This document shows, one piece after another, positions 1 to 10,548 of a DNA stretch of 32,000 bases (position 1 is the first letter of the stretch; each line of letters opens with the position of its first letter). The stretch spans positions 3,120,001-3,152,000 of the forward strand of contig NC_020304.1 of NCBI RefSeq assembly GCF_000341395.1, in the 5' to 3' direction. Source of the stretch: Desulfocapsa sulfexigens DSM 10523. Lineage in GTDB: Bacteria; Desulfobacterota; Desulfobulbia; Desulfobulbales; Desulfocapsaceae. Made by a program: the position numbers and the translations under genes. Below the pieces are notes generated by a model, which saw nothing but the letters and a program-made list of their open reading frames with translations, did no database searches and had not been told where the DNA came from.

Positions 1-872
1 TCGCGCACTTCACCCTCACGGGGATTGTCTTTCAGCAGGGTATCAAGCAAAGGGTGTTCGGGAGCAATGGACATAAAAGTGACGCCGAATATAGTGTCGG
101 GTCGTGTGGTGAAGATGGAGAGTGTCTCTTTGTTAGCAAATCCATCGACTGGAAAGTCGCACTGGAGTCCAGTAGATTTTCCTATCCAGTTACGCTGCAT
201 GGTGACAACTTTATCAGGCCAGCCACCGAGTTGATTAAGGCTCTCGAGAAGTTCTTCGGCGTAGTCGGTAATTTTAAAAAACCAGCCATTCATCTCTCTG
301 GCATCGACCATTTCATCACATCGCCAGCATGCTCCCTCGATGACCTGCTCATTGGCGAGAACGGTATGACAAGATTCGCACCAATTAACGGTGGTGTTTT
401 TCTGGTAAACCAGTCCTTTTTCGTACATTTCGAGGAAAATCTGCTGTTCCCATTTATAGTACTTGGGATTGCAGGTTGCTATTTCTCGGTCCCAGTCGTA
501 AGAGAGACCAAGCTGACGCAATTGGTTACGCATATAATCAATATTGTCGTATGTCCAGCGAGCAGGGTGGGTGGCATTTTTTATGGCAGCATTTTCAGCG
601 GGGAGTCCAAAGGAATCCCATCCCATGGGATGGAGAACATTAAATCCACGAAAGCGTTTATAGCGTGCCACAACATCGCCTATAGAATAGTTGCGTACGT
701 GGCCCATATGGATGCGACCGGAGGGGTATGGGAACATTTCAAGGACATAGTATTTTTCCCTGTTACTCTCCATGCTCACTCTGTAGGTAGCGTTGTTGAG
801 CCAGTTATCCTGCCATTTTTTCTCAATGGCTTTGAAATTGTAGGTTATATCCTGGGGTTCTGTTGAAGACAT
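1..872 (-). CDS. leuS: Leucyl-tRNA synthetase, N-terminal part (runs off the left edge)
   Basis: Minus-strand translation from ATG at 872 gives [52 protein letters not shown]..., and near position 1 gives [15 protein letters not shown], both typical of LeuRS. Not in the ORF track because it is truncated. Confidence 0.97.
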   Translation of the reverse strand, partial: MSSTEPQDITYNFKAIEKKWQDNWLNNATYRVSMESNREKYYVLEMFPYPSGRIHMGHVRNYSIGDVVARYKRFRGFNVLHPMGWDSFGLPAENAAIKNATHPARWTYDNIDYMRNQLRQLGLSYDWDREIATCNPKYYKWEQQIFLEMYEKGLVYQKNTTVNWCESCHTVLANEQVIEGACWRCDEMVDAREMNGWFFKITDYAEELLESLNQLGGWPDKVVTMQRNWIGKSTGLQCDFPVDGFANKETLSIFTTRPDTIFGVTFMSIAPEHPLLDTLLKDNPREGEVR

Positions 873-919
873 ATGAGGGCGGCCTCTTACCGCTAAAAAA
901 AATACGGTTTTTACAAATA

Positions 920-2311
920 TTATTCTGATTGGAATGCGTCGGGTTCATCAAAGGGACTGAGGTTTTCAAACATAGTGTGCTCTTTAATGAATGTCAATTT
1001 GACAGTCCCAGTAGGGCCGTTTCTCTGTTTACCGATGATAATTTCAGCAATACCCTTGTTGGGATTATCCTCTCCTTTGTTGTATACTTCATCCCGATAG
1101 ATAAAGCAGATGACGTCAGCATCCTGTTCAATGGCCCCAGATTCACGAAGGTCAGACATCATGGGACGTTTGTCAGGACGACTTTCCAGGCTACGATTTA
1201 ACTGGGAGAGAGCAATAACCGGCACCTTCAGTTCTTTGGCCATGGCTTTGAGCGACCTTGAGATTTCACTGATTTCCTGGGTGCGGTTTTCGCTTGAGTT
1301 TCTGCCTCGCATTAACTGGAGGTAATCAACTATGATCAGGCCGAGTGGATACTGGGCAGCAAGACGTCGTACTTTTGCCCGCATCTCAAGAACGGAGATG
1401 GCTGGGGTGTCATCTATGTAAATGGGTGCTTCTGTGAGCATACCGACCGCACGGGTCAGTTTTGGCCAGTCTTCATTTTGCAGCCTTCCCGTACGGACGC
1501 GCTGGGAATCAACAGGACCTGTTGAACAGAGAAGGCGCATGGTAAGTTGTTCTTTTGACATTTCAAGGCTGAATACTGCGGTACCTATTTTCTGGAAGAT
1601 GGCTGCATTTTGAGCAATATTCATGGCGAAGGCAGTTTTGCCCATGGAAGGCCGGCCAGCCAGGATAATTAGATCAGATGGTTGTAGGCCGGCGGTCATC
1701 CTGTCAAGGTCAGGAAAGCCGGTGGGGACGCCAGTGATCTGTTCTTTCCTGCTGTAAAGCAATTCTACAGTCTTAAAGGCTTCTGGAACGATGTTTTTCA
1801 GGGGAGTAAAACTTTTGTCTGATTTACTCCTGGCAATCTCGAAAATAGCCTGTTCCGCCTCGTCAACAAGAGTATCTATATCACCCTGTTCCTCATAACA
1901 GCGACTGGCAATGTCGGTATTTACAGAGATCAGGTTCCTGAGGACTGCTTTTTGACGAATAATTTTTGCGTAGTAAAGAAGATTTGCCGTAACTGGCACA
2001 ATAGAGGTGAGTGTGGCGAGATAGCCAACACCACCAGCCTTCTCGAGCTGGTTCAGGTCTTTTAACTGGTTTGAAACAGTGATTATGTCCTGGGGTTCGT
2101 TTCGTTCAAAAAGTACAATCATTGCTTCAAAGATAAGTTTATGATTGTCTTTGTAAAAGTCGTCGCTTACAAGAAGTTCAAGAACCGTTGAAAGTGAATG
2201 GTCCGAGAGAAGGATAGTACCAAGTACAGATTGTTCAGCCTCTACATTTTGCGGCGGCATTCGGCCGCCGGAGGTGTTGACCGATGGAGCAAATGGTGGT
2301 GGTGGGTTCAT
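920..2311 (-). CDS. dnaB: Replicative DNA helicase DnaB
   Basis: 463 aa with [28 protein letters not shown] (Walker A), [12 protein letters not shown] and [34 protein letters not shown]. Confidence 0.98.
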   Translation of the reverse strand: MNPPPPFAPSVNTSGGRMPPQNVEAEQSVLGTILLSDHSLSTVLELLVSDDFYKDNHKLIFEAMIVLFERNEPQDIITVSNQLKDLNQLEKAGGVGYLATLTSIVPVTANLLYYAKIIRQKAVLRNLISVNTDIASRCYEEQGDIDTLVDEAEQAIFEIARSKSDKSFTPLKNIVPEAFKTVELLYSRKEQITGVPTGFPDLDRMTAGLQPSDLIILAGRPSMGKTAFAMNIAQNAAIFQKIGTAVFSLEMSKEQLTMRLLCSTGPVDSQRVRTGRLQNEDWPKLTRAVGMLTEAPIYIDDTPAISVLEMRAKVRRLAAQYPLGLIIVDYLQLMRGRNSSENRTQEISEISRSLKAMAKELKVPVIALSQLNRSLESRPDKRPMMSDLRESGAIEQDADVICFIYRDEVYNKGEDNPNKGIAEIIIGKQRNGPTGTVKLTFIKEHTMFENLSPFDEPDAFQSE

Positions 2312-2446
2312 AGTGGCAACAAAATGGCAAGTGATATAAACAACAACACACCGTGCAGGGCAGTTATGTCCTGACAGTGTGTTGTAAATTCACTGACAGC
2401 AGCCCCAGGGGGCTGTCAGTGAAAAGTACTTTCAGAAAAAGAGGTG

Positions 2447-2911
2447 TTAGGCAACTGCTGTTTCCACCAGGGGAACAACTGAAACTGTAATCTCTACCGT
2501 AGTCTGAAATCCGACCTTTATGGTCACACTGTTTTCTCCAAGCTCTTTGATAGGATCTGGAAGGAGAATGTTTTTCTTGTCAATTGCGACCTTGGTGTCT
2601 TCTTCAAGTTTTGCGGCAATATCACTTGAAGTAACCGAACCAAAGAGCCTCTCTTCATTGCCTGTGAGCATGGCGATGATAAGAGTCGTTCCGGCTAGTT
2701 TTTTGGCAATTGCCTCAGCAGCTTTGATTTCTTCCTTGATACGGGCCTGAATTTCAGCCTGGTTCTTTTCAAAAATCGCTACGTTTGTGGCGTTTGCGAT
2801 GACGGCTTTTTGCTGGGGCAGAAGATAGTTACGTCCATATCCGGCCTTGACCGTTACGATGTCGCCTTCCCTGCCAAGGGTGTCTATAGTCTCTTTTAAT
2901 ATAACTTCCAT
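2447..2911 (-). CDS. rplI: 50S ribosomal protein bL9
   Basis: 154 aa; N-terminus MEVILKETIDTLGREGDIVTVKAGYGRNYLLPQQKAV is canonical bL9. Confidence 0.98.
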   Translation of the reverse strand: MEVILKETIDTLGREGDIVTVKAGYGRNYLLPQQKAVIANATNVAIFEKNQAEIQARIKEEIKAAEAIAKKLAGTTLIIAMLTGNEERLFGSVTSSDIAAKLEEDTKVAIDKKNILLPDPIKELGENSVTIKVGFQTTVEITVSVVPLVETAVA

Positions 2912-2979
2912 TGTAATCTCCTTAACTACGTTCGTATAGCAACTAAGCTATATACCATATACACAAAGGTATTTTTTAT

Positions 2980-3966
2980 TTATAATGCGTTCTGATCGGG
3001 TTTCTCTTCGCCTCGGTTTAATCGCCTGGTATCCATCCATACATCAGCTACGCCAAGAATGCCAAGGAGAATGACTCCAAATGTCTGAAAGAAGAGAAGA
3101 ACATAAATTAACGTTCGCAAGAGCAAGGGCACACTCCATTTTGAAAAATAAAAGAGCATGATTGCAATGCCTTGAAAGCAGTACAGCAAGGTGCTGACCA
3201 TAAGGACATTTATTCCGATGGTTCTGCCGGATTCGACCGGAAGAACGATCAGGACTGATGCAATAATTAATATCCAGACTAATTTTTCAGGCAAAATCCA
3301 TAACATGTATTCAGGCCAAGGCCCTGAACCACTGTTTTTGTGAAGCATCCGATTGCCGATAGCCATGGCAAACCAGGTAATCAGTAGGGCAATACAGGTA
3401 AGTATACCCGGCATCACCCTTGGTATCCAGATTTTCATCTGAGTAAAGGTCTGTTCGAGCAGAAAAAGTGTATCTGCAGGTACGGAACCATTTGCTTTGT
3501 AATATGTTATTGCTTCGTCCATTCCCTGATTGAGTGAACTGATCAGCAGGGTGTATGGATGCTCTTCAAGTCCGAAGGTGAGAATCGTTGTGACTATCAT
3601 CCATGATCCGGCAAGAGCAAGAGTTCCTTTAATTACAGCGGGTGTAATTGATTCCCCTCGGTGGGCGGAATCTGCAAGTACAAATCCTACAGGAATTAAA
3701 GTTAATGAAAAGAGCAACTGTTCAATGATCTGAAAAGCCAGACCTGCAATGCAGGCTAGTATACATCCAAAAAGGATATATTTTTGTCCTCTGTTCTTTC
3801 CGTATCGTATGAGATAATAAAAGACCAGCAGGGGGAGAAGGCCGTGTATCCAGCCAAAAATAGCTCCCAACAGCCCGGGAAGAAGAATAACAGCTGTAAC
3901 CAGTAAAATATGTTGCAGGAATTTTACTTTCTCGGGGTTTGACTCTTCCTCATTCACAGTTTGCAA
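2980..3966 (-). CDS. Multi-pass membrane protein, DUF2232/YybS-like
   Basis: 328 aa with multiple hydrophobic segments. Its position between rpsR and rplI matches the usual location of DUF2232 proteins. Confidence 0.75.
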   Translation of the reverse strand: MQTVNEEESNPEKVKFLQHILLVTAVILLPGLLGAIFGWIHGLLPLLVFYYLIRYGKNRGQKYILFGCILACIAGLAFQIIEQLLFSLTLIPVGFVLADSAHRGESITPAVIKGTLALAGSWMIVTTILTFGLEEHPYTLLISSLNQGMDEAITYYKANGSVPADTLFLLEQTFTQMKIWIPRVMPGILTCIALLITWFAMAIGNRMLHKNSGSGPWPEYMLWILPEKLVWILIIASVLIVLPVESGRTIGINVLMVSTLLYCFQGIAIMLFYFSKWSVPLLLRTLIYVLLFFQTFGVILLGILGVADVWMDTRRLNRGEEKPDQNAL

Positions 3967-3980
3967 CCTTTTCAGAAATC

Positions 3981-4220
3981 CTACCTCTGTGTGCTTCCAG
4001 AGTATGGAAGCAATGCGATCTGACGGGCACGTTTTATAGCTTCGCAGAGTTGTCTCTGATGAGTGGCACAGGTTCCGTAGATACGACGAGGAATAATTTT
4101 TCCACGTTCAGTTACAAAATTACGAAGGGTTTTTGGATCCTTGTAGTCGATTGACATTTCTTTGTCAGAACAGAAACGACAGCTTCTTTTTCTTTGAAAA
4201 ACTCTTTTTTTAGGTGGCAT
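3981..4220 (-). CDS. rpsR: 30S ribosomal protein bS18
   Basis: 79 aa: [60 protein letters not shown]. Confidence 0.98.
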   Translation of the reverse strand: MPPKKRVFQRKRSCRFCSDKEMSIDYKDPKTLRNFVTERGKIIPRRIYGTCATHQRQLCEAIKRARQIALLPYSGSTQR

Positions 4221-4292
4221 AGTATATACTCCTGGATTTAATCCGGTCTTGATCGTTAGTTAGCTGGTGGTTAAGCACTCTTGTTGTTCGGT

Positions 4293-4727
4293 TCAGTCGT
4301 TTTCGACGTCATCGTCGTCAAGTGTGTCGTCTTCATCCAGATCTTCTTCCTGATCACTGGCCTCTGCTGCACGCTTGGCAGCAGCAATTGCTGCCGCTTC
4401 ATATTCACCGCGAGCAGACACAATTCCTTCTTCATCGATAGATTCTTCAAGCTTAACAGTCATATATTTCATGACCGAATCATCAATTCGGAATCTGCGT
4501 TCCATCTCTATGACATTGTCAGGATCGCATGCATAGTCGCAGTAAACATAGTATCCCAGAGTTTCTTTTTTGATTTCGTAGGCAAGAGTACGAACACCCC
4601 ATTTATCAAGGGAGATCATCTGACCTCCTTCGGTGCCAAGAATTGTATTTGTGTTTTCTATTACTGCGGTGATCTCATTCTCGCTCATCGTGGGGCGAAG
4701 AATGTAGATCGTTTCATACCTGCGCAT
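4293..4727 (-). CDS. rpsF: 30S ribosomal protein bS6 with long acidic C-terminal tail
   Basis: MRRYETIYILRPTMSENEITAVIENT...; GAGGAGG ribosome-binding site directly upstream. Confidence 0.97.
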   Translation of the reverse strand: MRRYETIYILRPTMSENEITAVIENTNTILGTEGGQMISLDKWGVRTLAYEIKKETLGYYVYCDYACDPDNVIEMERRFRIDDSVMKYMTVKLEESIDEEGIVSARGEYEAAAIAAAKRAAEASDQEEDLDEDDTLDDDDVEND

Positions 4728-4896
4728 AAGTTCCTCCTCGTGGACTCATGATATGGGAAAATTCCCAGGTGTTTGGCTCTTACTGACTGTAAGAGCGAAG
4801 AGGTACTGTTTCACACTATGTAAAACAGGAATACGTGAAAGACGTATCTCATCAACGAAACCAAAAAAAATACCTTGAGAGTATGATTGTGTCAAT

Positions 4897-5286
4897 TTAT
4901 TTCTTTTTCTTTTCCATGGATTTTATTTTTTCCCACTGTTTGTTGAGGTCAATTTCGTTTTTGAGTTCGGTTCCGGCAAAAACGTGTGGGTGTCTACGAA
5001 TCATTTTAGCGTTGATTCCGGATATAACGTCTTCAATAGTAAAATGGGCTGATTCGGATTGGATTTCCGAGAGTAACACCAGGAGGAAAAGTACATCACC
5101 AATTTCCTCACATAAGTGTATAGGGTCATTTTCGTCAATTGCCTCAAGAAGTTCAGCGCATTCTTCAGCAATGTATTTTTTAAGACTTGTTGTGGTTTGT
5201 TTTCTGTCCCACGGACACCCGTCATCGGATCGTAATTTGGCAATTGTCTGACAAAATGAAAAAAAAGTATTTTTGCAGGTATTCAT
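4897..5286 (-). CDS. mazG: Short MazG-family nucleotide pyrophosphohydrolase-like protein
   Basis: 129 aa: LRSDDGCPWDRKQTTTSLKKYIAEECAELLEAIDENDPIHLCEEIGDVLFLLVLLSEI. Confidence 0.88.
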   Translation of the reverse strand: MNTCKNTFFSFCQTIAKLRSDDGCPWDRKQTTTSLKKYIAEECAELLEAIDENDPIHLCEEIGDVLFLLVLLSEIQSESAHFTIEDVISGINAKMIRRHPHVFAGTELKNEIDLNKQWEKIKSMEKKKK

Positions 5287-5403
5287 GTTTTTTTAAGAAT
5301 AAAAATTAAGAACATTAAGGTTTCATTAACTTAGGTGTGTTAACGCAACATGTAAGCAGGTTAACAGGTGTTAGCTGGCGTTGCCTGTGGTGGTTGATAA
5401 TTG

Positions 5404-5432
5404 TTGACAATACCTGACAGTAAAGGTAGTAA
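5404..5432 (+). promoter_or_regulatory. Candidate sigma70-type promoter upstream of the AP2-like gene
   Basis: TTGACA (5404-5409), 17 bp spacer, TAGTAA (5427-5432). Confidence 0.45.
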
Positions 5433-5570
5433 TTTTCTCATCTGACATCAGCACTCATTCCTATTAAGTCTGTCAGTAGCGACGTTTCTTGGACTTGAGT
5501 TCTTACCACATAAATTAAATTATTTTTTATTTTTTTATATTTTATTAAGTTTTAATGAGAGGGAATTTGT

Positions 5571-6011
5571 ATGGATCAGGAAAAACAGAAAGAATTTATG
5601 TTAAAGAGGCAAAAGGACATTGCCAGAATTGACCAGGAATCAAAACGAACTCACGGTTGGTATGTTCGGGTACGATTTCAGGGAAAAACGTATTCAAAGT
5701 TTTTTTCAGACAAAAAGTGTGGAGGTCGTTATTCCAGTCTGCTTTCTGCCATTGCATGGCGTGACTCAACCGAAAAGAGGCTTGGTAAGATTCGTACCAA
5801 TAAGCATCTTGTAACCGTTAGCAACTCCGGGACTGGCGTGGTTGGGGTGAGACTGAATGACGGTTTTAATCGCTATGAGGTGAGTTGGGTGACAACTGAA
5901 GGTAAGCAGGGAAAAACGTCCGTTTCCATACGAAAACATGGAAAAGAGGGGGCATTTATAAAGGCATGTGCCATTCGTCAGGAAAAAGAAAGGGCACGGT
6001 TAGGGATTTAG
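5571..6011 (+). CDS. AP2-like DNA-binding domain protein
   Basis: 146 aa with two similar modules: GWYVRVRFQGKTYSKFFSDKKCGGRYSSLLSAIAWRDSTEKRLG and TGVVGVRLNDGFNRYEVSWVTTEGKQGKTSVSIRKHGKEGAFIKACAIRQEKERARLG, resembling bacterial AP2/HNH-associated domains. Confidence 0.7.
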   Translation: MDQEKQKEFMLKRQKDIARIDQESKRTHGWYVRVRFQGKTYSKFFSDKKCGGRYSSLLSAIAWRDSTEKRLGKIRTNKHLVTVSNSGTGVVGVRLNDGFNRYEVSWVTTEGKQGKTSVSIRKHGKEGAFIKACAIRQEKERARLGI

Positions 6012-6098
6012 ACCTTTAACATCGACTGAATTGTTTGACGGGTCCCCAGTCTTTAGTGCTGCTGTCTCTGTTATTTGGTTTGCAAATAGCTGTAACCG

Positions 6099-6139
6099 AG
6101 GCAATGCCAGGCCGAACAGGCCTGTCATTGCCTTTTTTT
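6099..6139 (+). terminator. Rho-independent terminator
   Basis: AGGCAATGCCAGGCC-GAAC-AGGCCTGTCATTGCCT followed by a run of T; stem has one mismatch. Confidence 0.85.
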
Positions 6140-6161
6140 GTTGTGTGAGCTGCAAAATGTG

Positions 6162-6190
6162 TTGACATTTGCGTTGGAAAAAGGTTTATT
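6162..6190 (+). promoter_or_regulatory. Candidate sigma70-type promoter for rplU-rpmA
   Basis: TTGACA (6162-6167), 17 bp spacer, TTTATT (6185-6190); 64 bp upstream of rplU. Confidence 0.6.
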
Positions 6191-6253
6191 TCGCAGTTTC
6201 TCTTGTTTAATTTATCAATTCAATTGTAATGCACATATTAAGAGGTCGTACGA

Positions 6254-6565
6254 ATGTATGCAATAATAAGAACCGGTGGAAAACAGTATCAAGTTGCCAG
6301 TGGCGATCAGCTTCGTGTGGAGAAGCTTGAAGGAAGTGTTGGCGACACCGTTGAACTCACCGATGTATTAATGGTCGTGGATGGTGAGAATGTTCAGGTT
6401 GGAAGCCCGGTAGTTGAAAATGCAAAGGTAGTTGCCAAAATTGCTGAGCAGGGTAAAGCCAAAAAAGTTATCATTTTCAAGAAAAAACGTCGTAAAGGTT
6501 ACAGATTGAGAAAAGGTCATCGACAGATGTATACTGCTCTTAAAATTCAGGAAATTACTGCCTGA
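6254..6565 (+). CDS. rplU: 50S ribosomal protein bL21
   Basis: MYAIIRTGGKQYQVASGDQLRVEKLEG...FKKKRRKGYRLRKGHRQMYTALKI. Confidence 0.98.
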   Translation: MYAIIRTGGKQYQVASGDQLRVEKLEGSVGDTVELTDVLMVVDGENVQVGSPVVENAKVVAKIAEQGKAKKVIIFKKKRRKGYRLRKGHRQMYTALKIQEITA

Positions 6566-6650
6566 TCTGTTTTCGGTTATAAAATATATATTTTCATTCA
6601 CCACCCCCCCAGGTTGGTTTTCTGAATTGTTGGTGATGAGGAGTTGAAAA

Positions 6651-6908
6651 ATGGCACATAAAAAAGCTGGTGGTAGTTCCAGGAATGGTCGCGATAGTAA
6701 AGGTCAAAGACGTGGCGTGAAACGTTTTGGTGGAGAAACTATCTCTGCAGGCACTATTATTGTACGTCAACTCGGCACTGTTATTCATCCGGGAACCAAC
6801 GTTGGTTGTGGAAGAGATTATACTCTTTTTGCCAAAGTTGATGGTATTGTTACCTTTGAAGATTTTGGACATAAGAAAAAAAGGGTAAGCGTTTATCCGG
6901 CCGCCTGA
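6651..6908 (+). CDS. rpmA: 50S ribosomal protein bL27
   Basis: [48 protein letters not shown]. Confidence 0.98.
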   Translation: MAHKKAGGSSRNGRDSKGQRRGVKRFGGETISAGTIIVRQLGTVIHPGTNVGCGRDYTLFAKVDGIVTFEDFGHKKKRVSVYPAA

Positions 6909-6980
6909 TACGGGGGCTGCACTCTTTTTTTTTATTTTTTCTTTCCTCACCGTATTGCGGTCAGGTTGGGACAAAATATC

Positions 6981-7022
6981 AGCTCGACCTCAAGTGTTTA
7001 TTGAAGGTCGAGCTTTTTTTTT
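6981..7022 (+). terminator. Rho-independent terminator between rpmA and obgE
   Basis: AGCTCGACCT...AGGTCGAGCT perfect 10 bp stem followed by nine T. Confidence 0.88.
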
Positions 7023-7045
7023 GTAAACATTTTACAGTATGCTAG

Positions 7046-8092
<1,047 letters not shown>

Positions 8093-8106
8093 ATTAAACA
8101 TTTTCC

Positions 8107-9273
8107 ATGAATGAAAATAATACCGAAATTAGCCTGGAAGATGGCCTTTTTCTACGCCAAACGTATTTTGACAAGGCAAAACGAATTGTTGTAAAGGTCG
8201 GCTCTGCAGTGCTCACCGATGAGAAAGGTATTGATACAAATATCATTCAAAATATTGCTCGTGAATTGAGCTTTCTCAAAAAAAGTGGTCGGGAAGTTAT
8301 CCTTGTGAGCTCTGGAGCTGTTGCTGCCGGAAAGCGTAAAATTACCATTCCTGATAATGTCGAAATAGGAATTGAAGAGAAACAGGCACTTGCGGCTATT
8401 GGCCAGCCCGTTCTTATGCAATCCTATGAGGCAGCTTTTGAGGAGTGTGGTCAAGTTGTGGCTCAAGTACTGCTTACCCACTCTGATCTTGCCAATCGTA
8501 AGCGCTACCTCTGTGTCCGCAATACCATCCTCGCACTTTTTCGGTTTGATGCAATCCCCATCCTCAATGAAAACGATACCGTTGCTGTTGATGAACTCCG
8601 TTTTGGAGATAACGACACACTTGCGGCTTTAATTGCAAATCTCATTGAAGCGGACATGTTTATTTGTCTCACGGATGTGGTTGGTTTGTATACAGGGAAT
8701 CCCCAGACAGATTCAGATGCTCGACAGCTATATACTGTGGCTGCCGTAACTAAAGAAATTGAATCCATGGCAGGTAATGTCAAAAGTGCACTTGGAACCG
8801 GTGGGATGCGGTCTAAAATACGGGCCGCCAAAATGGTTTCTTCTGGAGGAGGGTCTTCTTTTATTGGGCCAGGACGTAATCCACAAATTTTACAACAGCT
8901 CTTTAGCGGTGAGATGGTAGGTACTTTTTTTCTACCTGCCCAGGATAAAATAAAACCACGAAAACAATGGATTGCTCATGTATTGCACCCCAGGGGCTTT
9001 CTGATGCTTGATGCTGGCGCTTGTAGAGCGATATCTGCCAATGGCTGTAGTCTCCTTCCATCCGGGATCCAGGAGATTCGTGGGGACTTCGGAGTGGGCG
9101 ATGCTGTTCACTGCATTGATCCTGATGGTAAAGTTATTGCGGCGGGTCTTATCAATTACTGCTCCTCCGATGTTGCAAAAATAAAACAACACCGTTCCGA
9201 TGAAATATCGAATTTACTTGGGACGAAAGATTATGATGAAGTTATTCACCGTGATAATCTCGTATTACTTTAA
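8107..9273 (+). CDS. proB: Glutamate 5-kinase with C-terminal PUA-like region
   Basis: IVVKVGSAVLTDEKG, ILVSSGAVAAGKRK, ENDTVAVDELRFGDNDTLAALIANLIEAD, GTGGMRSKIRAAKM. Confidence 0.97.
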   Translation: MNENNTEISLEDGLFLRQTYFDKAKRIVVKVGSAVLTDEKGIDTNIIQNIARELSFLKKSGREVILVSSGAVAAGKRKITIPDNVEIGIEEKQALAAIGQPVLMQSYEAAFEECGQVVAQVLLTHSDLANRKRYLCVRNTILALFRFDAIPILNENDTVAVDELRFGDNDTLAALIANLIEADMFICLTDVVGLYTGNPQTDSDARQLYTVAAVTKEIESMAGNVKSALGTGGMRSKIRAAKMVSSGGGSSFIGPGRNPQILQQLFSGEMVGTFFLPAQDKIKPRKQWIAHVLHPRGFLMLDAGACRAISANGCSLLPSGIQEIRGDFGVGDAVHCIDPDGKVIAAGLINYCSSDVAKIKQHRSDEISNLLGTKDYDEVIHRDNLVLL

Positions 9274-9288
9274 CTGAGGCTTATTACC

Positions 9289-10548
9289 ATGACTACCCTT
9301 GAAAATGACATCTGCGATATCGCCAGACGTGCAAGAGTTGCCGCTCGATCTCTCGTTTCACTATCAACTGAATCGAAGAATAATGTTCTTCGTCTAATGG
9401 CGGAAGCCATAGATGAACAACGTGATTTTATCCAGGATGAAAATCAGAAGGATCTTGTTGCTGGTAAAGGAAAGGGCCTATCCAGTGCTATGCTTGATCG
9501 TCTTGAATTGTCGGACAGCGTTATTGCATCCATGAGAAATGGCCTGGCAGAGGTTGCAGCTCTTCCAGATCCTGTTGGGGAAATATCAAAAATGACCAAA
9601 CGTCCCAACGGATTGATGGTCGGTCGTATGCGTATCCCCTTAGGGGTTATTGGAATGATTTACGAATCGCGTCCTAATGTTACCGTTGATGCAGCAGCCC
9701 TCTGTTTAAAGGCCGGTAATGCCATCATTCTGCGCGGCGGATCTGAAGCCATACATTCCAACAGGGCATTGGCCTCAGTGTTACAAGGTGTCCTTGAAAG
9801 CCAGGAAATAGCTGCAGATGCCATTCAGGTTATTCCCGTTACCGACCGTAAGGCTGTGAATGTTTTGCTTAATCAGGAAGAATATATTGATCTCATAATT
9901 CCTCGTGGAGGAGAGGGGCTCATACGCTTCGTTTCAGAAAACTCACGCATTCCAGTTCTCAAACATTATAAAGGTGTCTGCCACATCTATGTTGATGCAG
10001 ATGCTGATCTTCAAAAGGCAACACCGGTAATTGTTAATTCAAAAGCACAAAGACCTGGAGTCTGTAATGCCCTTGAGGGGTTGCTCATCCACAGGGATAT
10101 CGCAGAAACATATCTTCCCGTCTTGGCAGCAGAACTCAAAGAGCATAATGTGAAGATGCTTGGATGTAAGAAGTCGGTGATGATTGCTCCCGAGATTACA
10201 CCTGCAATGGAAAGTGATTGGGGAACTGAATTTTTAAATCTCACGCTCTGTGTGAAAGTGGTTGCCAATATGGAAGAGGCATTTTCCTATATCGATCGAT
10301 ATGGGTCACAGCATACAGAGATTATTCTCACAGAAAACTATTCAAATGCGAGTAGGTTTGTTGCTGAGGTTGACGCTTCAGCCGTAATGGTAAATGCCTC
10401 TACCCGATTCAATGATGGCGGTGAACTTGGATTAGGTACAGAAATTGGAATTAGTACCACTAAGTTACATGCTTATGGTCCTATGGGATTAGAAGAGTTA
10501 ACAACAAGAAAGTTTGTAGTATATGGCCAGGGCCAGGTCAGGCAGTGA
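9289..10548 (+). CDS. proA: Gamma-glutamyl phosphate reductase
   Basis: 419 aa: IPLGVIGMIYESRPNVTVDAAALCLKAGNAIILRGG, LPVLKHYKGVCHIYVD, ASTRFNDGGELGLGTEIGISTTKLHAYGPMGLEELTT. Confidence 0.98.
   Translation: MTTLENDICDIARRARVAARSLVSLSTESKNNVLRLMAEAIDEQRDFIQDENQKDLVAGKGKGLSSAMLDRLELSDSVIASMRNGLAEVAALPDPVGEISKMTKRPNGLMVGRMRIPLGVIGMIYESRPNVTVDAAALCLKAGNAIILRGGSEAIHSNRALASVLQGVLESQEIAADAIQVIPVTDRKAVNVLLNQEEYIDLIIPRGGEGLIRFVSENSRIPVLKHYKGVCHIYVDADADLQKATPVIVNSKAQRPGVCNALEGLLIHRDIAETYLPVLAAELKEHNVKMLGCKKSVMIAPEITPAMESDWGTEFLNLTLCVKVVANMEEAFSYIDRYGSQHTEIILTENYSNASRFVAEVDASAVMVNASTRFNDGGELGLGTEIGISTTKLHAYGPMGLEELTTRKFVVYGQGQVRQ

Noticed and set aside
54-866. 270-aa plus-strand ORF in the track
   Set aside because: It lies antisense and codon-aligned to leuS. 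The minus-strand frame gives clear LeuRS sequence, so this is a shadow ORF.
4281-4751. 156-aa plus-strand ORF over rpsF
   Set aside because: Antisense shadow of an unambiguous bS6 gene; composition is Phe/Ile/Val/Cys-rich with no recognisable motif.
4835-5251. 138-aa plus-strand ORF over the mazG-like gene
   Set aside because: Antisense to a convincing MazG-like sequence; low-complexity start and no family motif.
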